The translations under genes were made by a program, and so were the position numbers. DNA of 64,000 bases, from the NCBI GenBank assembly GCA_964016885.1, contig OZ024747.1, positions 35,774,001-35,838,000 of the forward strand, written 5' to 3'. How positions within the stretch are numbered: the first letter of the stretch is position 1; each line of letters opens with the position of its first letter. Shown here one piece after another: positions 23,016 through 35,600 of the stretch. The notes under the pieces are model-generated. The model was not told the origin of the DNA. It did not search any database and saw nothing but the letters and a program-made list of their open reading frames with translations. This DNA comes from Eledone cirrhosa. Its lineage: Eukaryota.

Positions 23016-24730
23016 TTATATTGACATAATCTTCCTTAGTATATGGGGAGTTCCCATTAGCACTATCTTTTGTATTTCTCCTATACGCGGGTTTCCTGGG
23101 ATTTGCGATAAGTAATCATTAGACCCCATAGGTATCATTCCTAGAGCGCCTACAACCACTAGTATTATTTTAGTTCTCAATTTCCACATTTTTCCAATTT
23201 CTATCTCCAGGTCCTTATACTTGCTCAATTTTAGTCTATTGGAACGGACATATCAATCAGCAGGCTTACCCTATTTTTAAACTCTTTCAATATTATATCA
23301 GGTCTATTTGCATCTATTTTTCGGTCTGTTTGGATGCAAAAGTTCCACAAGATTGAGATGTAATCTTTTTCAAGTATGGTAGATGGTTGATGCTCCCACC
23401 AATTCTTTTGATGGGGCAGGTCAAAATTCTTACACATTATCCAATGTATGTATTGTGCAGTTCTGTCATGCCTGTTTAGGTATTCGGTTGGAGCTATAGG
23501 ACTGCACATTGTAATTATATGATCAATGGTCTCTAGTTGTTTTTTACATACACGGCATAATGGGTTGCATCCATTTTCTATTATGTTGGCTTGGTATTTT
23601 TTTGTTGGCAGACACTGATCTTGTGCTGATATAATCAGTCCTTCAGTCTCCGATTTCAGTCCAGAGGATGTTCAACCACGGATGTGTTAAAGTGTTGTCA
23701 ACATCAGGATCGTTCGCTCTTTCAGGGTATTTTCCATACAGAGGCTTTTCTTGCCATTTCTTAGCCAGTTTCTATAGTATTTCTTTCTTTGCAGTTACTT
23801 TTACCTTGTTTTTCTGTGTTTTCCATTTCAGCAGTAAATGGGACTTCTGAAATTTGTAGTCCATTACTGTATCTTTGTGCATCTTTTGTAATGGAGTATG
23901 ATCTTTTGATGCTTTCGTGTTTCAAAACGAGTTTGATCATCCAATCATGTGATTCCCTTAAATATGTAGATAATCCAATTGTTGCAGTTTTCAACGCAAC
24001 ATCTAACTGGATTAACTCACGCCCTCCTTCTTTCCTAGGGAGATATATTCTATCTGTATCTGCCTTAGGGTGATGCATTTTACGCATGGTTAAGAATTTC
24101 TAATGTTTTTGTATCGAGCCTACGGATCTCTGTGATTGACCAGTTGATGACATTGTAACTGTAGGTTACTACTGGTATGGCAAGATTGTTTATGGCATCG
24201 ATCCTATTCCTTGCATTCAATTCCGTTCTTAAGAATGCTCATAATCTGTGGTAACATTCCTTCCTTATCCTTACCTTCATTGTCGAGTGCTTCATTCCGT
24301 CTCCTTCACAAACACCTAGATATTTGTAAGTTTCCTCTTGATCAAGTTCTCTTATCACGTTCCCCCGATCAAGATTAATATCTGAACTCTTCAGCAGCTT
24401 TCCTTTGGTGAACGTTGCTTTAGAGTATTTATCTTGTCCAAACTCAATTTTAATATGATCACTGAACTGCTTCGCAGTGGATAATATATCTTGCAATTGT
24501 TCATCATTTTTGCAAATAGTTTCAGGTCATTCATGTAGAACAAGTGATTAATGGTTTTGTCATAGACTTTATATCCATGTTTTGTTTCATTGAGCATTTT
24601 ACTTAATGGTATAAGTGCGATGCAGAATAAAAGCGGTGATAAAGAATCACCCTGAAAAATTCCATAATTAATATTAACTTCTCCAACTTCCAGTGATTCC
24701 TTTTCACTATTCAAAAGGGTAGAAAGGATT
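23016..24730 (-). mobile_element. Dong family B fragment (RT C-half + RLE), decayed
   Basis: GIFQGDSLSPLLFC, HLFYMNDLKLFAK, RHD, RPDIIL, KYKDL..VVGALG. Confidence 0.88.
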
Positions 24731-27700
24731 AGTCCGGGGTTGACCTGGAGATCCTTCTCCAGATCAGGCCCGAGAATGTGAAGACAATCCCGGACTACAT
24801 CCGCCTTCAGAATGGGACGGTCATTCACATTATGACCGAAAGCAAAAGGCCGTAGTGTTTTGTTTGTGGGGAAAAAACCCATTTGCAAGCCATCTACCCT
24901 CAACTGCTGAAAGGGGTAGGGGGTCGAAAGGCTCCACTGCTGCCGACGCCAGCAAAGGCCAAACCACCAACAACAACACCAATAGAATGACCACCACCAA
25001 CGAGGAAAGCTGTTAAATTCCCCCTCCCCCAAAAAATACACACACCAATAAAACCATAAACATACATAGAGACACACTTACAGATACCGACCCCTCATCC
25101 ACCAGTAGTGAAGATGAGGGAAAACCAAAATCCCCAAAATAAAAAAAAAAATAAAAAAAATAAAAAAAGCACAAAATCACCCCCAATAAAACATGTAGAC
25201 ACCACCCACGCAAACATCTCTCCAATAACACCAACATCAACACCACCATCACCAGAATCCCCCAAACGCAAACAACCTAAACAGACGAAAGAACAAACAT
25301 CTGAAACATCTGAAACCACCGACACCGCACTCACAACAAATACAGACGCAACCGAAACAACACCACCAAAACCATCACCACCACAGCCACGCAAACAAAT
25401 AAAATCACACGAAAAAAACATACAAAACTTCGTGCTCGTCAGGAGGGCCAACAAGTAACTGATGGCCCTCGTAGCACAAAGTGAAAATATACAAAAAAGG
25501 GGGAAATTTCTAAATCGAACACCTTTCGCGTGCCGGAAGATTTGATTTGGTGCGAATGTCGATCGATTTATTCAAGGAAATACGAGACAGCTTTCCTCAG
25601 GACGTGGGAACCCCGAACGTAAATCCCACTTCAAGTCTTTTAACGGTGTTTCCAAAAGAAACCCCACCAACTATGGAGGTCGAACAACCCGACCTTCACA
25701 AGAGACCGGAAGGTAAGTAAACCTTCCTCTTTCTCTTTTTAACCTGCCAACATGGTCGTATTAAGAGTAGGATGTTTAAATGTTCGAGGCCTGGGTTGGT
25801 CCTGGAAGCAGGGTCACCTGCTCAACGACCACAAGTGTATAGAAATGGATGTAATTGCAGTCAGCGAGACCAGGTTTTCCGACACGCGCGCACTAGCCCC
25901 CATTTTCGATGACTATCAGATCTTTGCATCAGTTAGCCGGCGTGGAATGGGAGGCGGGGTGCCAGTGCTGTTTAGGAAAGGCCTGGATCTCGAGGTAAGG
26001 TCGATCATCCGCGACCCGGCCGGGAAGTTGGAGGTCCTGGACGTGAACAATAACAAGGTGGTTCCTTTGGACTGGTGGCCGTCTATACTCCCACTAGGGC
26101 AGGACTGCCGGACTTCTTTAGACGCCTGGAAGCCTTTCTGGGTATGTCTCGCCCTTTACTGTTAGCGGGGGACTGGGACGGCATCTTAGACGCACGCTGG
26201 GACTGTGTGGGAGTATCCGATAGGAGCGGGGGGGTGCAAAAGCCTCAAGAACCTGATCAGCCAGTTCCAACTGTCTGACAGGTACCGACTAGATTTCCCT
26301 AATGCGCCAGTGTGGACCTAGGCTAACCGGATAGGGTCATCTAGATCGTATATAGACAGGATATTCATTAGGAAGATAGCCAGAAATAGTGTAAGCTGTC
26401 CACGTTTTGAAACGGTCACCTATTCAGATCACAATTTTGAGATCTGTATGGTCGACCCAGATAAGACGCGTAGGTTAGGATCTGATTACTGGTAGCTAAA
26501 CATGTCATTTCCGGCACGTAAGGCTTACAGGGACCAGGTCAACAATTTAGTGAAGAAAAAGTTGACAGGGGTAGTCGTCAACATTAGATGGTGGGGGGCT
26601 CTCAAAAGAGAGATTAGAGTAATGTCGATAGAATTTAGCAAAGAAGTAGCGTTAGGGAAAAATAGAAAGGAGGGGAAGTTGGTAGATAAGTTAGACGAGG
26701 TTATTGGTAGTGGCATTGCAACTGACGTGCTAGCTTCGAGAATGGCATTAGACCATTTCTTCAATGCGAAACACGAAGGTTGCATTGTCGGAGCTAAGGC
26801 GCGTGCTCTGAGAAACGAGGGAACCAAAGCTGTTCAATGGGCCCGCGTGGCAGAGGCGCAGCGTGGTAATAAAACCACGATTCAGTCTTTCACGGACCGA
26901 GACGGGCACGGGCTGAACGATTCCGAGAGGATGTGTGAGGCCTTTCGCCAACATTTGGCTCGGTTGTTCGGGGGAAGTGGCGGGTCAGAGATGGTCGCGG
27001 ACTTCAGTCCCTACCTCGATGGCTTGCCGCAACTCTCGACGGATGACGCTGGGCGCTGCGAAAGGCCAATTACTTCAGCCGAGATTCAGGATGCCCTTGT
27101 CGGCTTCATGAGGCGCAAGTCACCCGGTTTTGATGGTCTGCCCTACGAGCTTTACGTAAATATGCCAGACTTGTTCTCCAATCTCCTCGAAGCCCTCTAC
27201 AGCAACTGGCAGCAAAACGGGAGTATTCCCAGTTCTGTGGGCCGGAGCGTAGTGACGCTGATAAGGAAAAATAGAGAACAAGAGTGACACATTAAACAAT
27301 TTCAGGCCCATAACACTGCTCAACACAGAGTTTAAGATTTGGGCGAGGGAGTTAGCGAAGAGGTTGGCGCTTGTCGCCAGGGATTTGGTTGGGGAGGCGC
27401 AAACTTGCGCAATCCCAACCAGGTCGATACACGACAACATCCACCTAATACGATACATCATAGAGAGGGTAGGGTGTAAACCTGGCTTCAGTGGGGCTCT
27501 GATCAATTGAGATCAATTGAAAGCATTCGATAGGGTGGACCATCGGTACCTGGAGGCTGTTATCAAGGCGGCTGACTACGGCCCCGTCTTCAGAAGCTGG
27601 ATCGCTGCAATGCACAGCGGCACCTGCTCGATGGTCAAAATTAATGGCCACATCTCGGAACCGTTTTAGGTTTGCCGATCGGTCCGTCAAGGGTGCCCTC

Positions 27701-29415
27701 TCTCCTCCCTTTTGTACGTATTGACTCTCGAGCCTTTACTGCGAAAGCTGGAGCTGTTGCAGGGCATCCCGCTCGAACCGGGGCGCGGAAAGGCTGTGTC
27801 GGCTAATGCAGACGACATCACCGTGATGGTTTCGCACACCTCAGAAATCATCGTGGTCGGCAACTTATTGGAGGAATATGAAAGGTTGACGGGAGCAAAA
27901 CTTGGGCTTGCAACTCGGCACCTTGAGAGGCAAGTCCATGCCGTCCAACAGCGTCGTTAGGCGCTGGACGGGCGGACCGGTAAAGTTGCTAGGGATTTGG
28001 TTCGGGCCAGACCTCCAGGTAGATAAGAATTGGGACGAGGTGACGGGCAGGGTAGTCAGTCTCACCCAGAAATGGGCTGAGATGAAGCTATCACTGAAAG
28101 GTCGGGCGGAGGTGGCGAACGCGTACATCGCCTCCGTCATCTACTACCATCTGACCGTCGTCCTTTGCCCCCGTTCGCGCCTCGCCATCTTGGAGCGGCT
28201 CCTCTTCAAATTCTTGTGGAGTGGTCAGGTTCCGCTGGTGATGGCTGGGCATGCCGTTGCTAATGATGTGCAGGCACGCGCTGAGGCTGCGGCATCTCCA
28301 GATATTCTGTCTAAACGGTGAACAGGTGTGGTCGCCGTTTGTCAGACCTTTGTCAGGGCCTTTCCGCAGCTTGTTTCTTTGACTGAGATGCAGTCCTGGG
28401 TCAAGAAGAGACCGAGGCTGGCTGACTGGCATCTGGAATGTTGCCAGGCACTCACTGCCCTCTACCAGGCGGACAATGCTGTCAGTGGAACTTCCACTTT
28501 CGAGTTCTATAGAGGATTAGTGGTGGGCAAGTGCGACGACGCACCACGGAAAGGCTCTGGCATCAACGAAATCGAACTAACCAGTCTGTACCGGAGAACT
28601 TTCGAACCGGTGACGATGGATAATTTCCAAAAGTCCCTCGCTTGGCAGTACTACCGGGGGGGGGGGGCACTGCCGGTTCGAGAGAAACTCTACAGGCACG
28701 GAAGTGCTGTCAGACGGACCTGCCCGAGATGCGCGCAGAGCGACGAAACTGTTCTGCACGCACTCGTCCAGTGTCCGTGGATTACTGACTTGTGGAGTTA
28801 TGTTGAACAGCTGTTGTCCCGTGCAGAACGGATCCGGCTATCGGCCGAGTCCATAGTGAAGATCGACCCGCCGCCTCCTTTTGGCCAGGAAGGGCAGGCA
28901 ATTTTCCTCTGTCTGTTGGCAGTTGCGAAACAGATTATATGGTGGACCAGGTTGAAAGGACTGAAGACTGACACTTTTCTCTTCGGCCAATCCCTAATCA
29001 ACTTTTTCAAGTTTAACTTGGAAAGGAAGGTGAGGGTGGAGAGGGAAGTGCTGCCCCCCAGTACATTTGCTGAAAGGTGGGTGAATGTGACGAGAATGGC
29101 CCGTGTGAGTGGGCCTACTCTGGTCATGCGGCTGTAGGTAGGTAAATTTGAGGAGGACAGGGGTGCCCTTCAAGGGTGCTCTCAAAGCGTCGTGTCGTTC
29201 AGGATTGGTGGGGTACCTGAGCAAACCCTAGGTGGTCATCCCCCCCTATTGGGGAGTTTTTCTTGTTGTAATTTTATTGTTACTTGATTGTTACTTTGTT
29301 ATTGTTACTTTGTTATTTTTATACATATTGTTTACTCGATTTTTCTGTAAAACCCCACTGTCCCTGTCTTTTGTATTGTCTCCTATATGTCGGCCCTTGT
29401 GGCCAATAAACTAAA

Positions 29416-29417
<2 letters not shown>
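24730..29417 (+). mobile_element. Tx1-type LINE (copy T3, subfamily A), 5'-truncated inside ORF1, decayed
   Basis: Knuckle remnant at ~24850, ORF1 end at ~25720, ORF2 25752..29137 in many pieces (closest to T1: LELLQGIPLEPG), AATAAA at 29405, then (ATT)n. Confidence 0.9.

Positions 29418-29453
<36 letters not shown>
29418..29453. repeat. (TTA)n shared by the 3' ends of T3 and D4
   Basis: Read directly. Confidence 0.97.
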
Positions 29454-32400
29454 GATCTTTGAGTCTCAATCATTGATGTTAGTTAACTGGAAAGTTTGTT
29501 GAAATGATATATCAAGCCACTACCTGCAGCCTCAGATATTCAGGACGTATCTGAGGGTTCTTGCTGTTCCCAGCAAGCATGCTTTTTGAAGTGTTCCTAA
29601 AAGCGGGGCGGGGCCAATTTTCTTTCACCATCCCTGGAAACTTTTTGAGATAGTACCTAGTGCGCCTATGACAATCGGGACCACTTTGACTTCATGGCAG
29701 TTCCAAAGCTTTTTTACCTCCCACTTTAAGACTTGGTATCGGTTAATTTTCTCCCTCCCCTTCTCTTGCACTCTCGTGTCGAATGGGCTTTATTTGTTCC
29801 CCTCTTCATTACAAAGACTCCAAACTTACTAATACCAAATTGCATACATATATCATTGCTGAATATACGGACAGTGTCAACAACCTCATCCAACTCCTTC
29901 TCACTCTTCCCGAAGAGCTTAAGATCGTCCATGAAGAGGAGGTGATTGATGGTAAGCTCTCTCTTTCCCAACTTATATCCTGCTCTCACCTTTCGCAGTA
30001 TAATGGTCAGGGGCATCAGGGCAAGGTCAAATAACAGAGGGGACAATCTATCTCCTTGGCAGATACCTCTCTTGATCTTCACGCCTCCCAAAGATTCTCC
30101 AGCTGATGTTAACTCTGTTTTCCAAGTCTTCATACTTTTGCTCAACAACTGTCTGATGTTATCTGCCACCTTGAAGATCTCTAGGATTTTGGTGATCAAA
30201 GAATGAGGCACCATGTCAAAGGCCTTTTTGTAGTCCATCCATCCCATGGCAAGACCAATGTGGTGTCTTCTCTCGCAATTCCTCATTACCATCTTATCAA
30301 TAAGTAACTGGTCCTTTGTACCACGTGACTTCTTTCGGCATCCTGTCTGTTCGTCCGGTAACAAGTTGTTTGTGCGCAGGTGATGGTAGATTTCCTCAGA
30401 CACAATGCTTGTCAACAGTTTCCACATTACGTACAGACATGTGATAGGTCTATATTTGGTAACATCATTACCCTTGATTCGGTCTTTCAGTACCAGAACT
30501 GTGGTACCTTTTGTCAACCACTCTGGTACCTCACCTGTCATCAATCAGTCATTGAACATGGTTGTCGGTTTCGGGTGGAGGGATGTTACATTTTTAATCC
30601 AATACCCCTGCACACCATATGGGCCTGGTGATTTCCAGTTGGTTAGTTTGTTGGCCTGCCCATTAAGAGTTTCAACTGTGCTACTCAAATCAGTTTGTTG
30701 GTGTGCCTGTTCACTAATCTCCTTTTGTACTGTCTCAATCCACACTGCCTGGTCATTATGATTAACATCCTGCTCCCATATTCCTCTCCAGAATGTCTTA
30801 GTTTGTTCCACCTCAGGGATCAAGTCGTTTCCTCTTTCTTTCCCTTCAAGCTGTCCAAACAACATCTTCTGGTTGTTGTCAAACATGCGGTTCTGTCTAT
30901 ACTGACTGACTCTGCTCTCATATCGCCTAATTCTGTATTCTCTGCTACGATGCGTTGCTTCAGTTTCTGTATGATAATATTTAGCCTTTTCCTCCTAGTT
31001 TTGTAATTTATTTCCATTCTATTTTTAGTGTCTATGTTTTTTAGTGTCCCACTCAGTAAGGACTCAAGCTTTTCAATGTCATTTCTCATTTCCCTGATTT
31101 GACCATTCAGTCGTTTCTTCCACCAAGGTTCTGATCTTTCTTGTTTGTGTTTCCTCTCGCTTTTATGCCAAGTAATTTTACCGCATTTGCTGTTGCTTTG
31201 AGGATATTGTTGCACTGGTTCCTCGCTTCAAGGTATGCGATGACTTTTTTACCTTAGCTGTTGTTTCTTTTAACTTTTTCCTGTCTACAAATCTTAGGTT
31301 CATAGGTTTCCCACTATCATTGTTCATTTCATCTACCACTATGTTTAGGTTATCAACCAAATCTTGTCCTAGCCCGTCAGCATTCATCACCTCAATGGCC
31401 GTATCTTTGTTCCAGGTATTATTTATTTCAGCATTCAGATCATTGTCTGACTCGGATGGTTCCTCCGTTCTCTCAACCTCTTCACCTCTATTTCCCACTG
31501 GCTCGTTTGCCTGACATACTCCACTCTCCATTTCCAACCTAATCTCTCTGCTCAGTTCCTCCAGTTCCAGCTCGCTTATCCACCCATTAGTTCTTATTAC
31601 CCGAGCCTGCCCGGCCAATTTTTGTTCATCTAATTTAAATAGACCAATCTCGTTTCCTGTAGCCCTTTTCCTTGGGGTTACTCTTCAGGTAACATTGCAT
31701 AACAGTTCTATTCAATTTTTTCGTCCAGTTGGTTCTGGTCCCTTTTCTTCTTCTTCCTCCGACACCAGCAGTATTTGGTTGACAGCCAGGTCCCTGATGC
31801 TGAGCCAGGGAGCACCTGCTGAGCCAGGGAGCACATGACATTTTAGTCTCCACTTCACCATTATTCGAACTGTTTAGTTTCGACATTGAAACACTCTTAT
31901 CGAGGATTGGTGAATGTATGGTTACATAACCACCGGTGATTTGATCACCCTCGGTGATTTTAGCGTGGCACTATCACGCTGTAGACGAACATAAATAAAC
32001 AAACAAACAAATAGGTACGCCCCCCCCCCAAAAAAAAAAAGCATAAGTTTCATTGTAATGTAATGTTTGAATGTCTGACTTAGTTTTTTTGCTTGTTTGT
32101 CTGTCTGTTTGTTTTTCTTTTCATTTTTCTTTTCTTTACGTTTTTCGTTGCTGCTGTGCTGTTTTGATTTTGATTTTTGATTTTTTGTATCTTTGACTGA
32201 GTCATCAAATCAGTCTATTTATATTTTTTGATACCATCTCATTTAGTGGGAATACTATGATGCCTGTCTTAGCAGTGGAAAAGAATAGTGGCGGTAGCAA
32301 TAATGAGGCAGTGGTGATGGTGATGTGATCGTAGTACTGTAGTGATGGCGTTGAAGTTGAAGTAAAAATAGAAGTTGAGGTAACTTGACTAGAGTTTTAG

Positions 32401-32672
32401 GCGTGGTAGTGGTGGTGTTGATGGTGAAATTAATTGCCTGTCTGTCCACTTAGCCATTTTTCTCTTTTTCGACGATAACATTTCTGATCCAAAATTAAAT
32501 ATTAAATATTGGGGCCCTATGCCGTAATGTGCTGCGTGTCGCCTGCTGAGGGTCAAAACTGTAATCTTATATTTCATTTGTAATAAAAATTATTCTATCA
32601 CAGTTGTTTTAAATAAGTAAAATCAAAAACTTACGGGAGCGATTCCATAACGATATATATCCACCATGTGCG
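29454..32672 (-). mobile_element. Dong family A copy D4: 5' end retained, ~1-kb internal deletion near 29790
   Basis: ORF start MSKLNSSNNGEV at 31886; RT in 29726..30544 joins directly to the RLE tail; leader homologous to the D2 leader. Confidence 0.88.
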
Positions 32673-32689
32673 TTATTATTATTATTATT
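32673..32689. repeat. (TTA)n between the 5' ends of D4 and T4
   Basis: Read directly. Confidence 0.93.
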
Positions 32690-35600
32690 GAATGCTATGG
32701 TTGACGGAGGCTCGGCTCTGTAAGGTATTGTAAATTTTGAATACTATAACAATTGTAAATTGTTTAAAACTTTAACGAACTTGTAGACAAAAACACCCTC
32801 CTCCTCGTGAGAGGGGTCTTTCTGCACGTTATTTGGCCCTTCGGGGTTAAATAGCTGCTTATTGGGGTTTTGGACCCAATATTTATTTTAAACAAAAAAA
32901 AAAACAACATAGCTACGAAAAAGAAATTTCATAGGTCACTCCCACTCATTCCGTCTTCTTCTTCCTCAATCATCACTACAACAGAGAGAAGATTGTCTCT
33001 CTCCCTCCCTTCTTTAATAAATGTGTCTCTCTCCCTCCCTTCTCTTTCGCAAGCGACGAAAGAAAAGAAAAGTCTCGTGCAAAGCGTGCAAGGTTTGTCC
33101 ACGACGACGACGACAGCGACGAAACAGGTGTGCGGGAAATATGAAAACCCAGTTCATTCGTCTGACGTCAGGAATAATAGCAGTAGCAGCCGTAATAACA
33201 ATAGCAACAGTGACAATGAAAACAACAGTAGCAGCCGCAACAGCATCACCAGCAGCATAAACAACAACAGCAATAGCAGCAGCAACACCAACAACAACCA
33301 CAGCAACAGCGGCGGAGGCAGTAGTCGTAGTACCTGCAGCAACAACAAAAGTAACAGCAGCTCTGACAACAACAGCAACAACAGCAGCAAAGAAAAACCA
33401 ATCTCATTTGCAGGTATTGCGAAAAACTTGGAAACAATCCTCATAACAAATGAGGAATTAGAGGAAGCGAAGAAGATGGTGACAAAGACTGGACACCGAG
33501 CAATCTGCAAAGCTGCGGAAACATTTTTCGAAACCCAACAGCACTGTACGGTCACGTACCGTACAGCAAGTACAAAATCCCGTAGGGTGGAAAGAGCCAC
33601 AGAGTCTCAAATACAAAAAGCCTTGGGGTCTGTGTGGCAGCGGAAAACGCACATCACCCGAGGCAAAAAATATGCCACCGTAGACGTACTTTTTGCCACA
33701 CCCCAGGAGGCAAAGGCCCAATCCGTAGTGACCCAAGGAGTGAGGAAATGGTGTTGGTGCCCTCCTACTGCGGGCAAAATAATTGTGAGGGTCAAACTGA
33801 CCCACGTCTCCCCCGGGATGGCCCCTTCTTGGCTGGTCGCGTCTGTCCTCGTCGGAATCGAGGACAAAACAACAGTACTGCAAGTACAGAAAAAAGTAAG
33901 AGAAGATTGGGTCGGCACCTCCATTGAGATGCTAATCCAAACCAACCAGGAGTGCATCGAAGCTATCCCGGATGTGATAGACTTCGATAACGGCACTCAA
34001 CTGCCCATAAGTGTTGAGGGAAAACGCCCGAAATGCTTTCGCTGTGGATCGAAGACTCACCTCAGGGCCTTCTGCAACGAGAAGACCCTGAGAAAGGAGA
34101 AAACCCCCCTCCATCCGAAACCGGCTCCACGGCTACCAGCAACAGGACAAGCGGCAGCCAGGAACGATAGGTCCGTGGCACCCGTACCCACGCCACGGAA
34201 ATCAAAGACAGCAGTAGCAGTGGAAATATTAACAACAACAACAGCAATACCAAATGCAGCTGCAACAGAGACTCCAGTGCAAACATCACCAACAACAACA
34301 AGTGAAAGAGTGGAGCTGGTAGCCCTCCCCGACCTCACAGAATCAGACATGCAGTGTGAGGTGGGAGAGAGATGGCAAAAGGTCGTAAGAAGGCACAAAC
34401 GCAGAAGCAGCGCATCGTCGCCTTTGAAAAGGGAGGAAAGAAATAAAAAAAAGCGTAAAGTCTACTGCAAAGAGACCCACAGCAGCAACACCACCAACAC
34501 CATCACCACCAACACTAGCACCACCATCACCACCGGCGACAACCCCACCGCCAACAACACCTTCAACACCACCAACACCACCAACACAAGCACCAACATC
34601 GCAAACACAACAACAAAACACACACACCCAGCAACAACGACAAGAAAATAGCAGAACCACACCCCACCCCCAGAAAAACAAATGCACGGCAATAAATACA
34701 CACAACAAGAAACTAATGACTTACATAATTGAACACACAGACATTTCACAACACGACTACATAATACCAGCACCAATCAAAACGCCAACTAACATAAGAC
34801 TGCTAAAAATAGCACAGAAACAATACACAAACATTAAAACGAAATTCCCCAACGCAGTTGGTGATTTCAGGGACCTAGGAGGAACTATCAATCGAAGAGT
34901 ATATTCAGACATTCTCATAGAAGAGACGACGACCAGCCGAAGGGACGATTCAACGGTCCCTTCACCAGACGATCAAGTGAAAAGGGATGTAAAAACCATC
35001 CCTCCTCTACGAAAAGTACGGTAAGTAGTCTTTGCCATCTTTTCCACTCTATTTTAAACATGACCTCACTCAGAATAGGCAGCACAAATGCGCGTGGCTT
35101 GGGATCGTCATGGAAGCAGGGTCACCTGCTCAACGACCTCAGGTCACTAAACATAGATGTAGTGGCCATCAGCGAGACCAGAATCTCCGAAGCACGGGCC
35201 TTCGCACCGATCTTCGGCGGCTACGATGTGTACGCATCTCCCAGCCGTCCGGGATCGGGGGGAGAAGTTGCTGTGCTTTTTCGGAGATGTTTGGATCTTG
35301 CCATACGGGCCATCTTCCTGGACCCAGAGGGTAAGCTGGTGGTGCTGGACGTGACCAGCGGAGACGGGCAAGCTTTCAGGCTAGTGGCCGTCTATGCCCC
35401 GACAGGAGCAGGGCGGCCTGATTTCTTCCGGCGTCTGGAGACCTTTCATGGAACGTCCCGCTCTTTAGTGTTAGTGGGCGACTGGAACGGGATCTTAGAT
35501 GCACGCTGGGACTGTGTGGGATTAGCGGATAGGGGTGGAGGGTGCAAGAGCCTCACCAACCTGCTCAGGCGTTTTGAACTGTCTGACAGGTACCGATTGG

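Noticed and set aside
24391-25077. 228-aa ORF that looks like a novel fusion protein
   Set aside because: Chance read-through from antisense Tx1 T3 sequence into the Dong family B RT fragment across their junction.
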